This document shows positions 10,180 through 19,589 of a DNA stretch of 64,000 bases, one piece after another. Source of the DNA: Gammaproteobacteria bacterium (GTDB lineage Bacteria; Pseudomonadota; Gammaproteobacteria; Eutrophobiales; Eutrophobiaceae). Within the stretch, counting starts at the first letter, position 1. Each line of letters begins with the position of its first letter. A program made the translations under genes and the position numbers. Location: NCBI GenBank assembly GCA_965222155.1, contig CBDCTH010000012.1, forward strand, positions 3,264,001 through 3,328,000, in the 5' to 3' direction. Under the pieces are notes generated by a model that saw only the letters and a list, made by a program, of their open reading frames with translations, searched no databases and was not told the origin of the DNA.

Positions 10180-12101
10180 TATTCGTCGAGTTCGAACATG
10201 AGCAGGACGTTCCCGGGCATCGCGAACTGCGCATAGTCGTTGCCGGATGTCACGAACAACTTATTGTTCACGATGACCGCCCCGCCGTAGCCCAGACCCC
10301 CGCCGTAGCCCTTGATGCCGTTGACGGTTTCATAGTCGGTCGCCGTATCGAAGCTCCACACCAGCTCCCCGGTCGCCTTGTTATAGGCGCGCAACAGGCC
10401 GTCGGCGGAGCCCGTGAAAACGACGTCGTTCGCCACGGTACTGGGCAAGCCGAAGGCATTGCTGCACGGCGGTGCCGGCTTACCCTCACAGTCGGGCGTC
10501 ATTTTCTCGACGCGCCATACTTGTTTTCCGGTCACGAGGTCGACCGCCGTGAACGAGCCGTCCGCCAACATGTCCGCATCCATATCCTGGACGGGAACGT
10601 AAGCATTCTTGCCATCGCTCGCAAAGCCCCACTGGATGCCGCCGACTTCCCCGCCTCTGCCGAGTCGGGTCTGCCACAGGATTTCTCCGTCGGCGTCCGG
10701 ATCCAACGCGTAAAGCATGCCGTCCTTGGATCCGGCCATGAGGACCTCCTTACCGTCCGATCGTTCCACCAGTATCACGGGCGCCACGATATCCCGGTCA
10801 CCCTGTCCCTTCGGGTTCAGGGGCGAGCAGGTTTTCCGCTCGCCATCGACCCACGCCTCGCAGCCCAGGTGGTAGACGTCCTGGCCGCCAAATTGCTCGG
10901 GCGCCAGTCCTTTGACCCAAACCTTGGCGCCAGTTTTCATGTCAAGCGCGATCACGGCGTCGGATTCGGTAATGACCGGCTCGGTCTGCTGGTTCGCGGT
11001 CGGCACGTACAAAAGGCCGCGCTTGTCGTCGACTGTGATCGCCGAGAACACCGTGACGCCGGAGGGGCCGTAGCGATTCACGCCGTTAACCGTCGTGCCT
11101 ATAAACTCAGATCTCTGGTCGATGGTATAGGTTTTCCACTTGCGCTCACCGGTATGCAGGTCAAAGGCGGAGATTGAGCCGCGCGTCGTACAGCACGGGA
11201 ATTCCAGGGTCCTGCCACCCATGTTGAGCACTTCCTGGTAGTTGGATATGGGCACGTAGACGACGCCGTCGTGCACCGTAATGTTACCCGAAACGCGGGA
11301 GGTCGGCGTCCAATCTACTTTATTGCGCCAGAGCAGCCGGCCTGTTTCCGCGTTCACTGCGTAGGCGTTCGCCCCGGTATCGCCGAATACAGCGATACCG
11401 TCGCGCACGGTAACGTTCGATCGAATCCGAAATTCAGCCTGGAATGCCCAGTGTGCGCATCCGGAGTCCGCATCGAACGAGTAGACCCAGTGATTGAGAC
11501 TACCCACGAACACGCGGTCGCCGACGACGGAGACCTTGTGCCCGCCGCTAACGAACGAATGGACCTGCGGAAACCCCACGGCCCACTTGAGCTTGAGGTT
11601 TTTCACGCTGTCGGCGGTGACCTTCGAATTGGTCGCATTCGCGTGGAAGCGGTTGTCCTTAGACCATCCAGGCCAGTCATGCACGGCATCGGCCACCAGC
11701 GGCGTTTTGTCCTTGCACATTTTGGCGCCGTGGCCGCGCGGGTCCCTTTCGCTGTCCTTTTTGAAACTGGTGACGAACTTGGCCAGCTCCCATCGCTCAA
11801 AATCGTCCAGGCCATTGGCGAACTCCATCATGACGCCCCACGTCAACTCCTTGTGCGCCTCTTCCGGGGTCAGGTTCGACATCTGTTGTACGGTCGGCGA
11901 AAAAAAGGCGCGCGCGTGGCATTCAGCGCAACGTTGGGCGTATATCCTGGCGGCGTTCGGTTCCCCCGACGGTCTGTTGAGCACGTTAAATTTGGTTCCG
12001 GGAGGCGGCGGAGGGGCTGCTTCCATATCGGCTGACACCGACGTCGCCGCGAACAGGATCCCAAACAGGGTTAACAGGTGTAACAGGTGCCGATTGCTCA
12101 T
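10179..12101 (-). CDS. Periplasmic quinohaemoprotein dehydrogenase (N-terminal cytochrome c + PQQ beta-propeller; polyvinyl alcohol dehydrogenase/lupanine hydroxylase-like architecture)
   Basis: Signal peptide, CAECH haem c motif, LKLKWA, repeated AxDxxTGxxxW docking motifs, vicinal CC (FPCCTTRG), GGIQWG. Its stop overlaps the CoxL-like start. Confidence 0.85.
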   Translation of the reverse strand: MSNRHLLHLLTLFGILFAATSVSADMEAAPPPPPGTKFNVLNRPSGEPNAARIYAQRCAECHARAFFSPTVQQMSNLTPEEAHKELTWGVMMEFANGLDDFERWELAKFVTSFKKDSERDPRGHGAKMCKDKTPLVADAVHDWPGWSKDNRFHANATNSKVTADSVKNLKLKWAVGFPQVHSFVSGGHKVSVVGDRVFVGSLNHWVYSFDADSGCAHWAFQAEFRIRSNVTVRDGIAVFGDTGANAYAVNAETGRLLWRNKVDWTPTSRVSGNITVHDGVVYVPISNYQEVLNMGGRTLEFPCCTTRGSISAFDLHTGERKWKTYTIDQRSEFIGTTVNGVNRYGPSGVTVFSAITVDDKRGLLYVPTANQQTEPVITESDAVIALDMKTGAKVWVKGLAPEQFGGQDVYHLGCEAWVDGERKTCSPLNPKGQGDRDIVAPVILVERSDGKEVLMAGSKDGMLYALDPDADGEILWQTRLGRGGEVGGIQWGFASDGKNAYVPVQDMDADMLADGSFTAVDLVTGKQVWRVEKMTPDCEGKPAPPCSNAFGLPSTVANDVVFTGSADGLLRAYNKATGELVWSFDTATDYETVNGIKGYGGGLGYGGAVIVNNKLFVTSGNDYAQFAMPGNVLLMFELDE

Positions 12102-12162
12102 GGTTCGATCTCCCAGTTGCGTCTTTTTGGATGGCGACCTCCAGGGTCGTACCGTAAGTATA

Positions 12163-12198
12163 TAACGTTTTTGGTACCAGATCGAATAAAAAATTACC
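12163..12198 (-). promoter_or_regulatory. Conserved operator copy 1 (GGTA-N16-GGTACCAAAA on the transcribed strand), upstream of the PQQ dehydrogenase-coxL operon
   Basis: TAACGTTTTTGGTACCAGATCGAATAAAAAATTACC, near-identical to 18542-18577. Confidence 0.7.
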
Positions 12199-12320
12199 CG
12201 ATGGTCCGATCACTCCACCTTAGATTCGAGAGACCAATTCGAACAGCGGCAGCGCTAACGCACCAGCGCTGAACGTCGGTGTTGTATTCCCCCGGCCGTT
12301 TGTGTTATATTTCAAGACAT

Positions 12321-12355
12321 GGTACTATTTTCATACATTTGGTACCAAAATGTTG
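12321..12355 (+). promoter_or_regulatory. Conserved operator copy 2, upstream of the TonB receptor
   Basis: GGTACTATTTTCATACATTTGGTACCAAAATGTTG has the same GGTA-N16-GGTACCAAAA spacing, with palindromic core TTTGGTACCAAA at 12338-12349. Confidence 0.65.
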
Positions 12356-12411
12356 GTAGGGACCAAATCACTTTTTTTGCCGTTCGGAAGCAACATAGGG
12401 GGTAGCTGACC

Positions 12412-14892
12412 ATGAATCAACAGACATCCGGGCAATCGCGCCCATATTCCGTACCGCTCATCTCAATCCTTGCAGCGACTTTATTGCTGACCGGCATGAA
12501 CGCCGGCGCGCAGGTGTTGGAAGAGATGGTCGTCACTGCGCAGAAACGCTCGCAGAACCTGCAGGACGTCGGTATCGCCATCACCGCCTTGACGGGCGAT
12601 CAGGTTCGCCAACTCGGCATGCTGGATACAACTTGGGTACCCGACATGGCGCCCGGCGTGCAGCTCGTGCAGCCCAACTCCCGCCAGTCATACGGTTTCT
12701 CCGTGCGCGGCGTCCACCAGGTCGATTTCGCCGATCACCAGGAGCACCCGACGGCGGTCTATGTGGACGAGGCGTACGTCAGCCAGGCCTCCGCTTCGGG
12801 TTTCCAGCTGTTCGACCTGGAGCAGGTCGAAATCCTGCGCGGGCCGCAGGGCACGCTGTGGGGCCGCAACGCCACCGGCGGCGCCATATCGTTCACCACC
12901 AACAAGCCGTCACAGGAATTCGAAGCGTACGTCGAAGGCAAATATGGTTCATACGATAACATGGGTATGGAGTTCGGGATCGGCGGTGGTCTTACCGACC
13001 GGATGTCCGTCCGCTTCTCCGGCACAGGGAACTGGCACGACGGCTATGCCACAAACACCATCGGACCGGACACATTCGACGATAACACGGCTTCGTTCCG
13101 CGGTCAGGTCCTGTTCGAGATCAGCGATGACGTGACCCTGCTTGTCAACGGCCGCGGGTCTTCCAGCGAGCTCATCGACGGTGCCCTGTTAATTCTGCCA
13201 GCCAGCTTCGACCCGGACACCGGATTCGGTTATATCCGAGAACCAGACGAGGTCACCACTAACCTCGAGACGGCCAATGCGATAAATTGTCCCGGCTGCG
13301 ATTTCTTCGGTTGGGCGGAGCCGGACGACGGCAGGCGCACGGTAAGCCATGATTTCATCGGCTTCTCCGACCTGCACACCTGGGGCGGCGGCGCCCGCCT
13401 TGACTGGGATGCCGGAAACTTCGATTTCGTTTCGATCACCGACTGGTACCACGTCGATAAAGAGTACATGGAGGACAGCGACGGTACGCCGTTTCCCGTC
13501 CTGGAAACCTACCTGGCGAACAACGTCGAACAATTCTCGCAGGAGATCCGTATCAGCGGGGAGGCGGAGCGCTTTCGCTGGGTGGCGGGGGGCTACTACC
13601 TGCGTATCCGCGGCGACTACGGCACGGGGGTCACGTTACGTTCCGACGTGGAGACGATCGGCGCCGAGCCCAGCCCTCAAGACGTGGGTTCCATATCACC
13701 GGCTGATTCGCTGATCGGCGCCGCCGGCACCGAAATTCCTTGCTTTCTATTTGGTGAGGCCGAAGATTTACCCCAGACCTGCGGCGTGCAGCCCACGTCG
13801 CATGATGCGGGCATCTTCGTCCTGTCCGGGTTCTGGAGACAGGATACGGATTCGTATTCGGTGTTCGCCCAGACCGAGTTCGACCTGACGTCCCAGTTGA
13901 CGCTGACCACCGGCTTCCGCTGGATCGACGAGAATAAAGATATCGACTACATCAACCTGTACGAAACCTGGCCGGCCGGCCGGCCAAGAAATTTCCTGGC
14001 CCCCACTGAACCCGCCGCTTTCGTGACCGTATTTAACAGGGATTCGGCCGGCAACCTCGCCGATTACGACGAGGGCCTGTGGTCGGCCAAGGTAGGGCTC
14101 GACTGGCAGGTCAACGATGACCTGCTGACGTACTTCACTTTCAACCGCGGCGTCAAGGGCGGCGGCTTCAACGGGCCGGCGGTGGGCGAAGTGATGCGGC
14201 CCGAGCAGTTTCCGTTCAAGGAAGAGATACTCAAGGCCTACGAAATCGGCTTCAAGCAAACCCTGGCGGATAACCGCTTACGCGTGAACGCGGCCGCGTT
14301 CTACTACGACTACGATGATTTCCAGGCCTTCATTTTCGAGGGCCAGGCGAACCTGATATCCAACCAGGACGCCGAAATCTACGGCGCCGAACTCGAGATC
14401 GAGGGCTCGCCGGTGGAGGGCCTGAATTTCAAGGGCGGCGTGGGATACCTGCAGGGGGAAGTTTATGACGTCACTTTCCCGTTCACCGATCCACACACCG
14501 GCCGTGAGTTTACCCAGCCGCTTGATCGGGAACTTCCGAGAGCGCCGGAGTGGTCCGTCAACGGCCTGGTGCGCTACCAGTGGCCTGTCGCGTTTGAAAA
14601 CACCGGCTTAGGGGGCCACTTCGCCGTGCAGGCGGATTTCAATTGGCGCAGCGACCAGAACATGCTCTTGTCGGAAGCACCCGCCGGAGAGCAGGACGCC
14701 TACGTGATCGGCAACGCGCGCGCCAGCTATACCAGCAAAGACGGCCGCTGGGAGGCGGCGTTTGCGGTCCACAATATCGGTAACCAGTTCTACTGCACGC
14801 AGATCTACGACGTCGGGGCGGACTTCAACAGCGTCGAGTGCTTCTTTAATCGCCCGAGGTGGTTCGCGGGATCGCTGCGCATCAACTTCTAG
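12412..14892 (+). CDS. TonB-dependent outer membrane receptor
   Basis: Signal peptide, TonB box LEEMVVTAQKR, plug motif VEILRGPQGTLWGRNATGG, C-terminal RPRWFAGSLRINF. Confidence 0.95.
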   Translation: MNQQTSGQSRPYSVPLISILAATLLLTGMNAGAQVLEEMVVTAQKRSQNLQDVGIAITALTGDQVRQLGMLDTTWVPDMAPGVQLVQPNSRQSYGFSVRGVHQVDFADHQEHPTAVYVDEAYVSQASASGFQLFDLEQVEILRGPQGTLWGRNATGGAISFTTNKPSQEFEAYVEGKYGSYDNMGMEFGIGGGLTDRMSVRFSGTGNWHDGYATNTIGPDTFDDNTASFRGQVLFEISDDVTLLVNGRGSSSELIDGALLILPASFDPDTGFGYIREPDEVTTNLETANAINCPGCDFFGWAEPDDGRRTVSHDFIGFSDLHTWGGGARLDWDAGNFDFVSITDWYHVDKEYMEDSDGTPFPVLETYLANNVEQFSQEIRISGEAERFRWVAGGYYLRIRGDYGTGVTLRSDVETIGAEPSPQDVGSISPADSLIGAAGTEIPCFLFGEAEDLPQTCGVQPTSHDAGIFVLSGFWRQDTDSYSVFAQTEFDLTSQLTLTTGFRWIDENKDIDYINLYETWPAGRPRNFLAPTEPAAFVTVFNRDSAGNLADYDEGLWSAKVGLDWQVNDDLLTYFTFNRGVKGGGFNGPAVGEVMRPEQFPFKEEILKAYEIGFKQTLADNRLRVNAAAFYYDYDDFQAFIFEGQANLISNQDAEIYGAELEIEGSPVEGLNFKGGVGYLQGEVYDVTFPFTDPHTGREFTQPLDRELPRAPEWSVNGLVRYQWPVAFENTGLGGHFAVQADFNWRSDQNMLLSEAPAGEQDAYVIGNARASYTSKDGRWEAAFAVHNIGNQFYCTQIYDVGADFNSVECFFNRPRWFAGSLRINF

Positions 14893-14943
14893 CGAAGCCC
14901 GGTGCGAACCGCCAGCGCGGGTACATTTCCGATGCGGCTGAGG

Positions 14944-14971
14944 CCGGGGACAGAATTAATTCTGTCCCCGG
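14944..14971. repeat. GGGGACAGA-type palindrome (REP-like); related copies at 54967-54991 and 57232-57257
   Basis: Perfect 28-bp palindrome CCGGGGACAGAATTAATTCTGTCCCCGG. Confidence 0.75.
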
Positions 14972-15009
14972 AACTTACACAGCAATAACAATAATCCGGA
15001 GGAACCACC

Positions 15010-15411
15010 ATGCCCAAAGCCGACCAGATCTACCACAAGCGCCCCGGTCTTGAGAAAGCCTTCTACTATGCGCAGACCTGCAGGTCCGGAAACACGTTGT
15101 ATGTCTCGGGCTGCGTCAGCTGGGACGCCGAGGGAAACATCATCGGCGCGGGCGACATGAGGGCGCAGGTCGAGCAGGTCTACACCGATCTCAAGGAAAC
15201 GCTGGAAGCGAACGGCGCGACCTTGCAGAACGTGCTCAAGGAAACCGTCTTCACCACCGACATGGATGCGTTGGTGGCCAACAACGACGTTCGCATCGGG
15301 TTCTACCAGGAAGCGGCGTCGGCGCCGCCCGCAGCGACCTGGATCGGCTGCACCCGCCTGGCGGCGCCGGAGATGATGATAGAACTCGAGTGTATCGCGC
15401 TGCTCGATTGA
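15010..15411 (+). CDS. Rid (YjgF/YER057c/UK114) family protein
   Basis: YAQTCRSGNTLYVSGCV, GDMRAQVEQVY, PPAATWIG, MIELECIA. Confidence 0.88.
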   Translation: MPKADQIYHKRPGLEKAFYYAQTCRSGNTLYVSGCVSWDAEGNIIGAGDMRAQVEQVYTDLKETLEANGATLQNVLKETVFTTDMDALVANNDVRIGFYQEAASAPPAATWIGCTRLAAPEMMIELECIALLD

Positions 15412-15501
15412 AGCGCGGATCGAACTTCCGCGCCGGATGCCCGTAACGCGCCACTGAGTAACCAGGATCATCATTTTCCAGTCACAGTCAAGGGAGGTCC
15501 C

Positions 15502-15888
15502 ATGAACAAGAAGCATGTACCCGACACGATCGCGCCGCCGCTCGCAGCCTACAGCCACGGCATCGAGATAGCGCCGAACGCGCGCGTCCTCCACACCGCG
15601 GGGCAGGTAGGCATATTGCCCGACGGCACCACTCCCGAAGGAATCGAGGCCCAGACTGAAGCCACCTGGGTCAATCTCATGGCGATTCTGGAATCCGCCG
15701 GTATGGGGATCGATGACGTCGTCAAGGTAACGACCTACGTGACGAACGAGGATGACTTCTGGCCGATGGCGAAGGTCCGCGCCAGGTTCTTTGGTGATGC
15801 GCGGCCCGCTTCCACGGGCATTGTCGTCAAGGCGCTGGCGAAGCAGGAATGGCTGGTCGAGGTCGAGCTCGTCGCCGCCAAAGCCTGA
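15502..15888 (+). CDS. Rid family protein
   Basis: YSHGIE, LHTAGQVG, DDVVKVTTYV, RPAST, WLVEVELVA. Confidence 0.9.
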   Translation: MNKKHVPDTIAPPLAAYSHGIEIAPNARVLHTAGQVGILPDGTTPEGIEAQTEATWVNLMAILESAGMGIDDVVKVTTYVTNEDDFWPMAKVRARFFGDARPASTGIVVKALAKQEWLVEVELVAAKA

Positions 15889-15928
15889 GCTCAAACCATC
15901 TGAAAAGCATCTATAACGGGAGCGTTTG

Positions 15929-16441
15929 ATGAACCGATTCGCACTGATATTGGCAACTGCAATGCTGTTCGCGACAACCCTCGCGGCGGACGACAATTTC
16001 AACAAGACCGGAGCGGCCGGTGAGGCGATCATAGCCACGAGCCAGGATATGGAGCTCTATGATCAATACCATTTTTCTCCCGCCTACCGTGCGGGCGACT
16101 TCCTGTTTCTCTCCGGCGTCGTGGCCGAGCCTCCGGGGGACAATCCCGCCACGCCGGAAGAGTTCCAGGAAGGGCTCCATAAGGCCTTTTCGGCGATCAA
16201 GGCGACGCTGGCCGCTGCGGGCGCGAGATTCGATCAGGTCGTAAAGCTCACGACCTTCCACGTCTTCGATAGCCCCCATTTCGACGGCGACAAGGGCGCG
16301 CACATCGGCGCGTTCATGGCGGTAAAGGATGAATACTTGCCGGCGCCGTACACGGCTTGGACGGCGATTGGCATCAGCGAATTGTTCCCGGACAGGGGCC
16401 TGGTAGAGATACAGCTCATCGCGCACGCACCCGCCGACTGA
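15929..16441 (+). CDS. Rid family protein with an N-terminal Sec signal peptide
   Basis: Signal MNRFALILATAMLFATTLAA; FSPAYRAGDFLFLSGVV, VVKLTTFH, AWTAIG, LVEIQLIA. Confidence 0.82.
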   Translation: MNRFALILATAMLFATTLAADDNFNKTGAAGEAIIATSQDMELYDQYHFSPAYRAGDFLFLSGVVAEPPGDNPATPEEFQEGLHKAFSAIKATLAAAGARFDQVVKLTTFHVFDSPHFDGDKGAHIGAFMAVKDEYLPAPYTAWTAIGISELFPDRGLVEIQLIAHAPAD

Positions 16442-16459
16442 GACCGGCAGGCCGCTGTG

Positions 16460-16600
16460 AAATGTGGCTCGGGTGTTCCAACAATAATCGCGTGATCGTG
16501 CCGATGCCAGCGCCGAACTCGAGCACCGTCTCCGGTCGCTCCGCGTTCACGACAGTGCTCAGGTGCGCGAGGGCAGACGCGGTCGCGAGTCCGCCGAGAC
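16460..16600 (-). pseudogene. Fragment of a class I SAM-dependent methyltransferase
   Basis: The minus strand reads [32 protein letters not shown] (motif I). There is no start codon and it runs into the convergent Rid gene. Confidence 0.5.
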
Positions 16601-16607
16601 CATTGCT

Positions 16608-17402
16608 CTAGCCTACCGCAGCCACCGCGCGCCTGGCCATCACGTTCACGAGATGGGCGCGATACCCGGAGCTGGCGTGAATGTCCTCGTTGAATTCGGC
16701 GCCGTCCACCGCGATCGACGCGATGGCGTCCGGCGTGAAATCCTTCTCGAGCGCATCCTCCATTGCCGTCACCCGAAACACGCAGGGCGCGGCCCCGGTG
16801 ACCGCGACGCGGATTCCGTCGGGGGCCTCCGCCACCATGACACCGACGATGGCGTAGCGCGAGGCAGGATTGGGAAACTTCATGTAGGCGGCGCGCTTGG
16901 GAATCGGGAAGCGCACGGCGGTGATAATCTCGTCATCCTCGAGCGCGGTTTCGAACATGTCAGTGAAGAAATCGTCGGCCGCGATCTCGCGGCGGTCGGT
17001 GACGACCGTGGCGCCGAGACCGACGAGCCCGGCCGGATAGTCTGCCGTGGGATCGTTGTTGGCGACGGAGCCACCCATCGTGCCGCGGTTTCGCACCTGG
17101 GGATCCCCGATTGCCTCCGCCAGGTCCGCGAGACCGGGGATGCGATCCTGTACGAGCTTCGAGGCGGCGACGTCGGCATGACGCGTCATAGCACCGATCA
17201 CGAGCGCCCGGTTTTTCTCCGTGATCCCGGCGAGCGATCCGATGCGGTTGATGTCGATCAGCACATCGGGACGTGCCAAACGCAGCTTCATCGTCGGCAA
17301 CAGCGTCATGCCGCCGGCGACGATCTTCGCCTCGTCATTCTCGCGCAACGCCGCCAGCGCGGCTTCGATCGAGTCGGGTGCCTGATAATCGAACTGGTAC
17401 AT
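16608..17402 (-). CDS. Molybdenum hydroxylase FAD-binding medium subunit (CoxM-like)
   Basis: [43 protein letters not shown]. Confidence 0.93.
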   Translation of the reverse strand: MYQFDYQAPDSIEAALAALRENDEAKIVAGGMTLLPTMKLRLARPDVLIDINRIGSLAGITEKNRALVIGAMTRHADVAASKLVQDRIPGLADLAEAIGDPQVRNRGTMGGSVANNDPTADYPAGLVGLGATVVTDRREIAADDFFTDMFETALEDDEIITAVRFPIPKRAAYMKFPNPASRYAIVGVMVAEAPDGIRVAVTGAAPCVFRVTAMEDALEKDFTPDAIASIAVDGAEFNEDIHASSGYRAHLVNVMARRAVAAVG

Positions 17403-17444
17403 GATTCGTTTCCTCTTGCTTGGCCGTGCGTACGAAGGCGGATA

Positions 17445-17903
17445 TTACCGCGATTCCGCGGCTGTTTGTATCGACTTGACGATGTTGTAATAGCCCGTGC
17501 ACCGGCACAGGTTGCCTTCCAGCCAGTCCCGGATCTCGTTTTCCGTCGGATCTGCGTTGTTCTGCAGCAGGTCGATCGCACTCATGATCATGCCGGGCGT
17601 GCAAAACCCGCATTGCAAGCCGTGCTCTTCGCGAAATGCGGCCTGCATGGGATGCAGCGTGTCGCCGTCGGCCAGGCCCTCGATAGTCGTGACCTGCGTG
17701 CCCTCGGCCTGTACTGCGAGCAGGGTGCAGCTCTTGATGGAGCGGCCGTCCACGTGAACGACGCAGGCGCCGCATTGGCTGGTGTCACAGCCCACGTGCG
17801 TGCCGGTCAGACCGAGGTCGTTGCGGAGAAAATCAACCAGCAGGGTGCGCGGTTCCACGTCCCCGCTGACCTCCGTGCCGTTGACTGAAAACGAGACTTT
17901 CAT
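17445..17903 (-). CDS. Molybdenum hydroxylase [2Fe-2S] small subunit (CoxS-like)
   Basis: [34 protein letters not shown]. Confidence 0.94.
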   Translation of the reverse strand: MKVSFSVNGTEVSGDVEPRTLLVDFLRNDLGLTGTHVGCDTSQCGACVVHVDGRSIKSCTLLAVQAEGTQVTTIEGLADGDTLHPMQAAFREEHGLQCGFCTPGMIMSAIDLLQNNADPTENEIRDWLEGNLCRCTGYYNIVKSIQTAAESR

Positions 17904-17960
17904 TGTTGTTCCTCCCCCCGGCCAAAGGCCCTGCATTCTCGCAAATTATGTCCGAATGAT

Positions 17961-18422
17961 TTACGCGGTCGCGTCGTCCGCCGCGGCATCGAAGCCCGAT
18001 GAAAAGGCCGCGAAAAACTTGTCGGTGAGCTTGCGCGTGGCCGCCACGATCAGACGCGATCCGACCTGCGCGATGCGCCCGCCCGCATTGAACTTGGCGG
18101 TATAGCGCAACGCCGTTCCGTCGCCGGTTTCCTCGAGCATGACGTCGGCGACGCCTTCTCCGAACCCTGCCACGCCGCCCTGGCCGCGCCCGCTCAAGGT
18201 GTAGGACACGGGCGCGTTGATGTTCGACAAGGTCAGGGTGGTCTTGAATTTCGCCTTGACGGGGCCGTACTTCGCCATGACAGCGCAGTCATAGGCATCC
18301 TCCGACGCCCTCGTCATCGACTCGCATCCGGGGATGCAGGCCGACAGCACGTCGGGGTCGATGAGCCGTTGCCAGACCTCGGTGGGTGACGCCGCTATGT
18401 GGTATTCACCTTGTATGTCCAT
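17961..18422 (-). CDS. CoxG-like SRPBCC domain protein
   Basis: [38 protein letters not shown]. Confidence 0.9.
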   Translation of the reverse strand: MDIQGEYHIAASPTEVWQRLIDPDVLSACIPGCESMTRASEDAYDCAVMAKYGPVKAKFKTTLTLSNINAPVSYTLSGRGQGGVAGFGEGVADVMLEETGDGTALRYTAKFNAGGRIAQVGSRLIVAATRKLTDKFFAAFSSGFDAAADDATA

Positions 18423-18541
18423 CGCGTGCGTGGAGTCCTGTGTCGTTTCGCGTTGTGTTCGTTGCGCCGCGGGTGCCGCTCACGCCGCCCGTGAATGCCG
18501 AGCGGCTGCAATGCGTATCAGCGACAAATGTTAGTGTCTAC

Positions 18542-18577
18542 TAACGTTTTTGGTACCAAATCTGGTTAAATATTACC
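18542..18577 (-). promoter_or_regulatory. Conserved operator copy 3, upstream of coxG-S-M
   Basis: TAACGTTTTTGGTACCAAATCTGGTTAAATATTACC. Confidence 0.7.
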
Positions 18578-18791
18578 TGTTTATAAGCAGTATGCAAAGC
18601 TTTTTCGTCCAAATTATATAATTCAGACTAGGCATTACAAACCCTCAGTCACATCAGGACATTGATTAATAAAGGTTTTTTAGCTCGTCAGGGCGCTAAA
18701 CCGCCGAAGTCGAGACAAACGCCGGAAAGGCGCCAAAATGATCTTTATTGTTAACTGACCGTACAGGTGCCGGTAAGGATCGTCCCGCCGC

Positions 18792-18924
18792 CGTCATGCC
18801 GGCGAATGCCGGAATCCAGTAAACAAAATGTTCATTACAACCCCGTATCTGGATAACCGACAATCTTTGTAGTATAACAACATCCTTGTGACCGGGTACC
18901 GGACATTCCCTGTCCGGTATGACG
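18792..18924. repeat. REP-like doublet of the CGTCATxCCGG family; related units near 40886-40978, 53506-53543, 58931-58951 and 61464-61487
   Basis: CGTCATGCCGGCGAATGCCGGAATCCAG with an oppositely oriented partner ending CCGGTATGACG. 18880-18924 matches the reverse complement of 53506-53578 once a 27-bp insert is removed. Confidence 0.75.
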
Positions 18925-18961
18925 ATAATCCGTTGATTCAGGAATGGACCTGGAGAAAGCA

Positions 18962-19408
18962 CAGCAATTCCCGCTAACTCCCGGGACCGAGGGCATCCTG
19001 CCCTAGCCCGGATTTCTCACCAGGTGATGCGATGATCGCGCCGGATTTTTGATGTGCGCCTTCCCTGGCGCACCCCCTACGGGCGCCCTGCGGGCGTCCA
19101 AATCTGCTCCGGGCAGATTTGTGACCGCCAGCGGGTGCCGGAGCCTGCCCCGTACTTGATACGGGGACCGAAAGTATAGCTGTAGCTCTGGTTGAGGGAG
19201 CATGTGCCCGCTGGCGGCAAAAAGACAAGCGAGGGCGCATCAAGCGCAGTCTGTAATGACGGGATATTGAGAATTTTACCATAACTTATTGATAGCACAT
19301 TGACGTTTCCGATAGCAGCTAGCGACCTGGTGAGAAATCCGGGCTAGTGGAGGTCGAGACGCCCTCCCGCCCAGGGAAACATGTCCCTTCATGGTCAAAG
19401 TATGCCCG
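18962..19408. repeat. ~105-bp dispersed repeat interrupted by a MITE; the uninterrupted inverted copy is at 57266-57371
   Basis: Flanks CAGCAATTCCCGCTAACTCCCGGGACCGAGGGCATCCTGCC and TGGAGGTCGAGACGCCCTCCCGCCCAGGGAA...GTATGCCCG align with the reverse complement of 57266-57371. Confidence 0.8.
19003..19347. mobile_element. Non-autonomous miniature inverted-repeat element (MITE), 345 bp
   Basis: Perfect 23-bp terminal inverted repeats CTAGCCCGGATTTCTCACCAGGT / ACCTGGTGAGAAATCCGGGCTAG, with CTAG at both ends and no transposase. Confidence 0.82.
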
Positions 19409-19589
19409 AATCCGGCAATAATCACTGTATTGACCTCGATTTAGCAGGAGCACCCGGAGAAAGCAGGGCAACACAGACTGTACTCATATAATGGTGATAT
19501 ACTGCTGCTTAGAATTAATATGCCTGTCCGTGTCGTAATGATGTTCCTCCAGCAGGTTTCGGGCAGCGCGGTTTGAGTGGAGAGAAGCA

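Noticed and set aside
16563-17888. Long antisense ORFs (441 aa here; also 14956-16038, 26393-27478, 38480-39415)
   Set aside because: They are shadows of well-supported genes on the opposite strand in GC-rich DNA and carry no motifs.
19478-19493. LexA box upstream of the radical SAM gene
   Set aside because: CTGTACTCATATAATG lacks the CAG half-site, so it is too weak to call.
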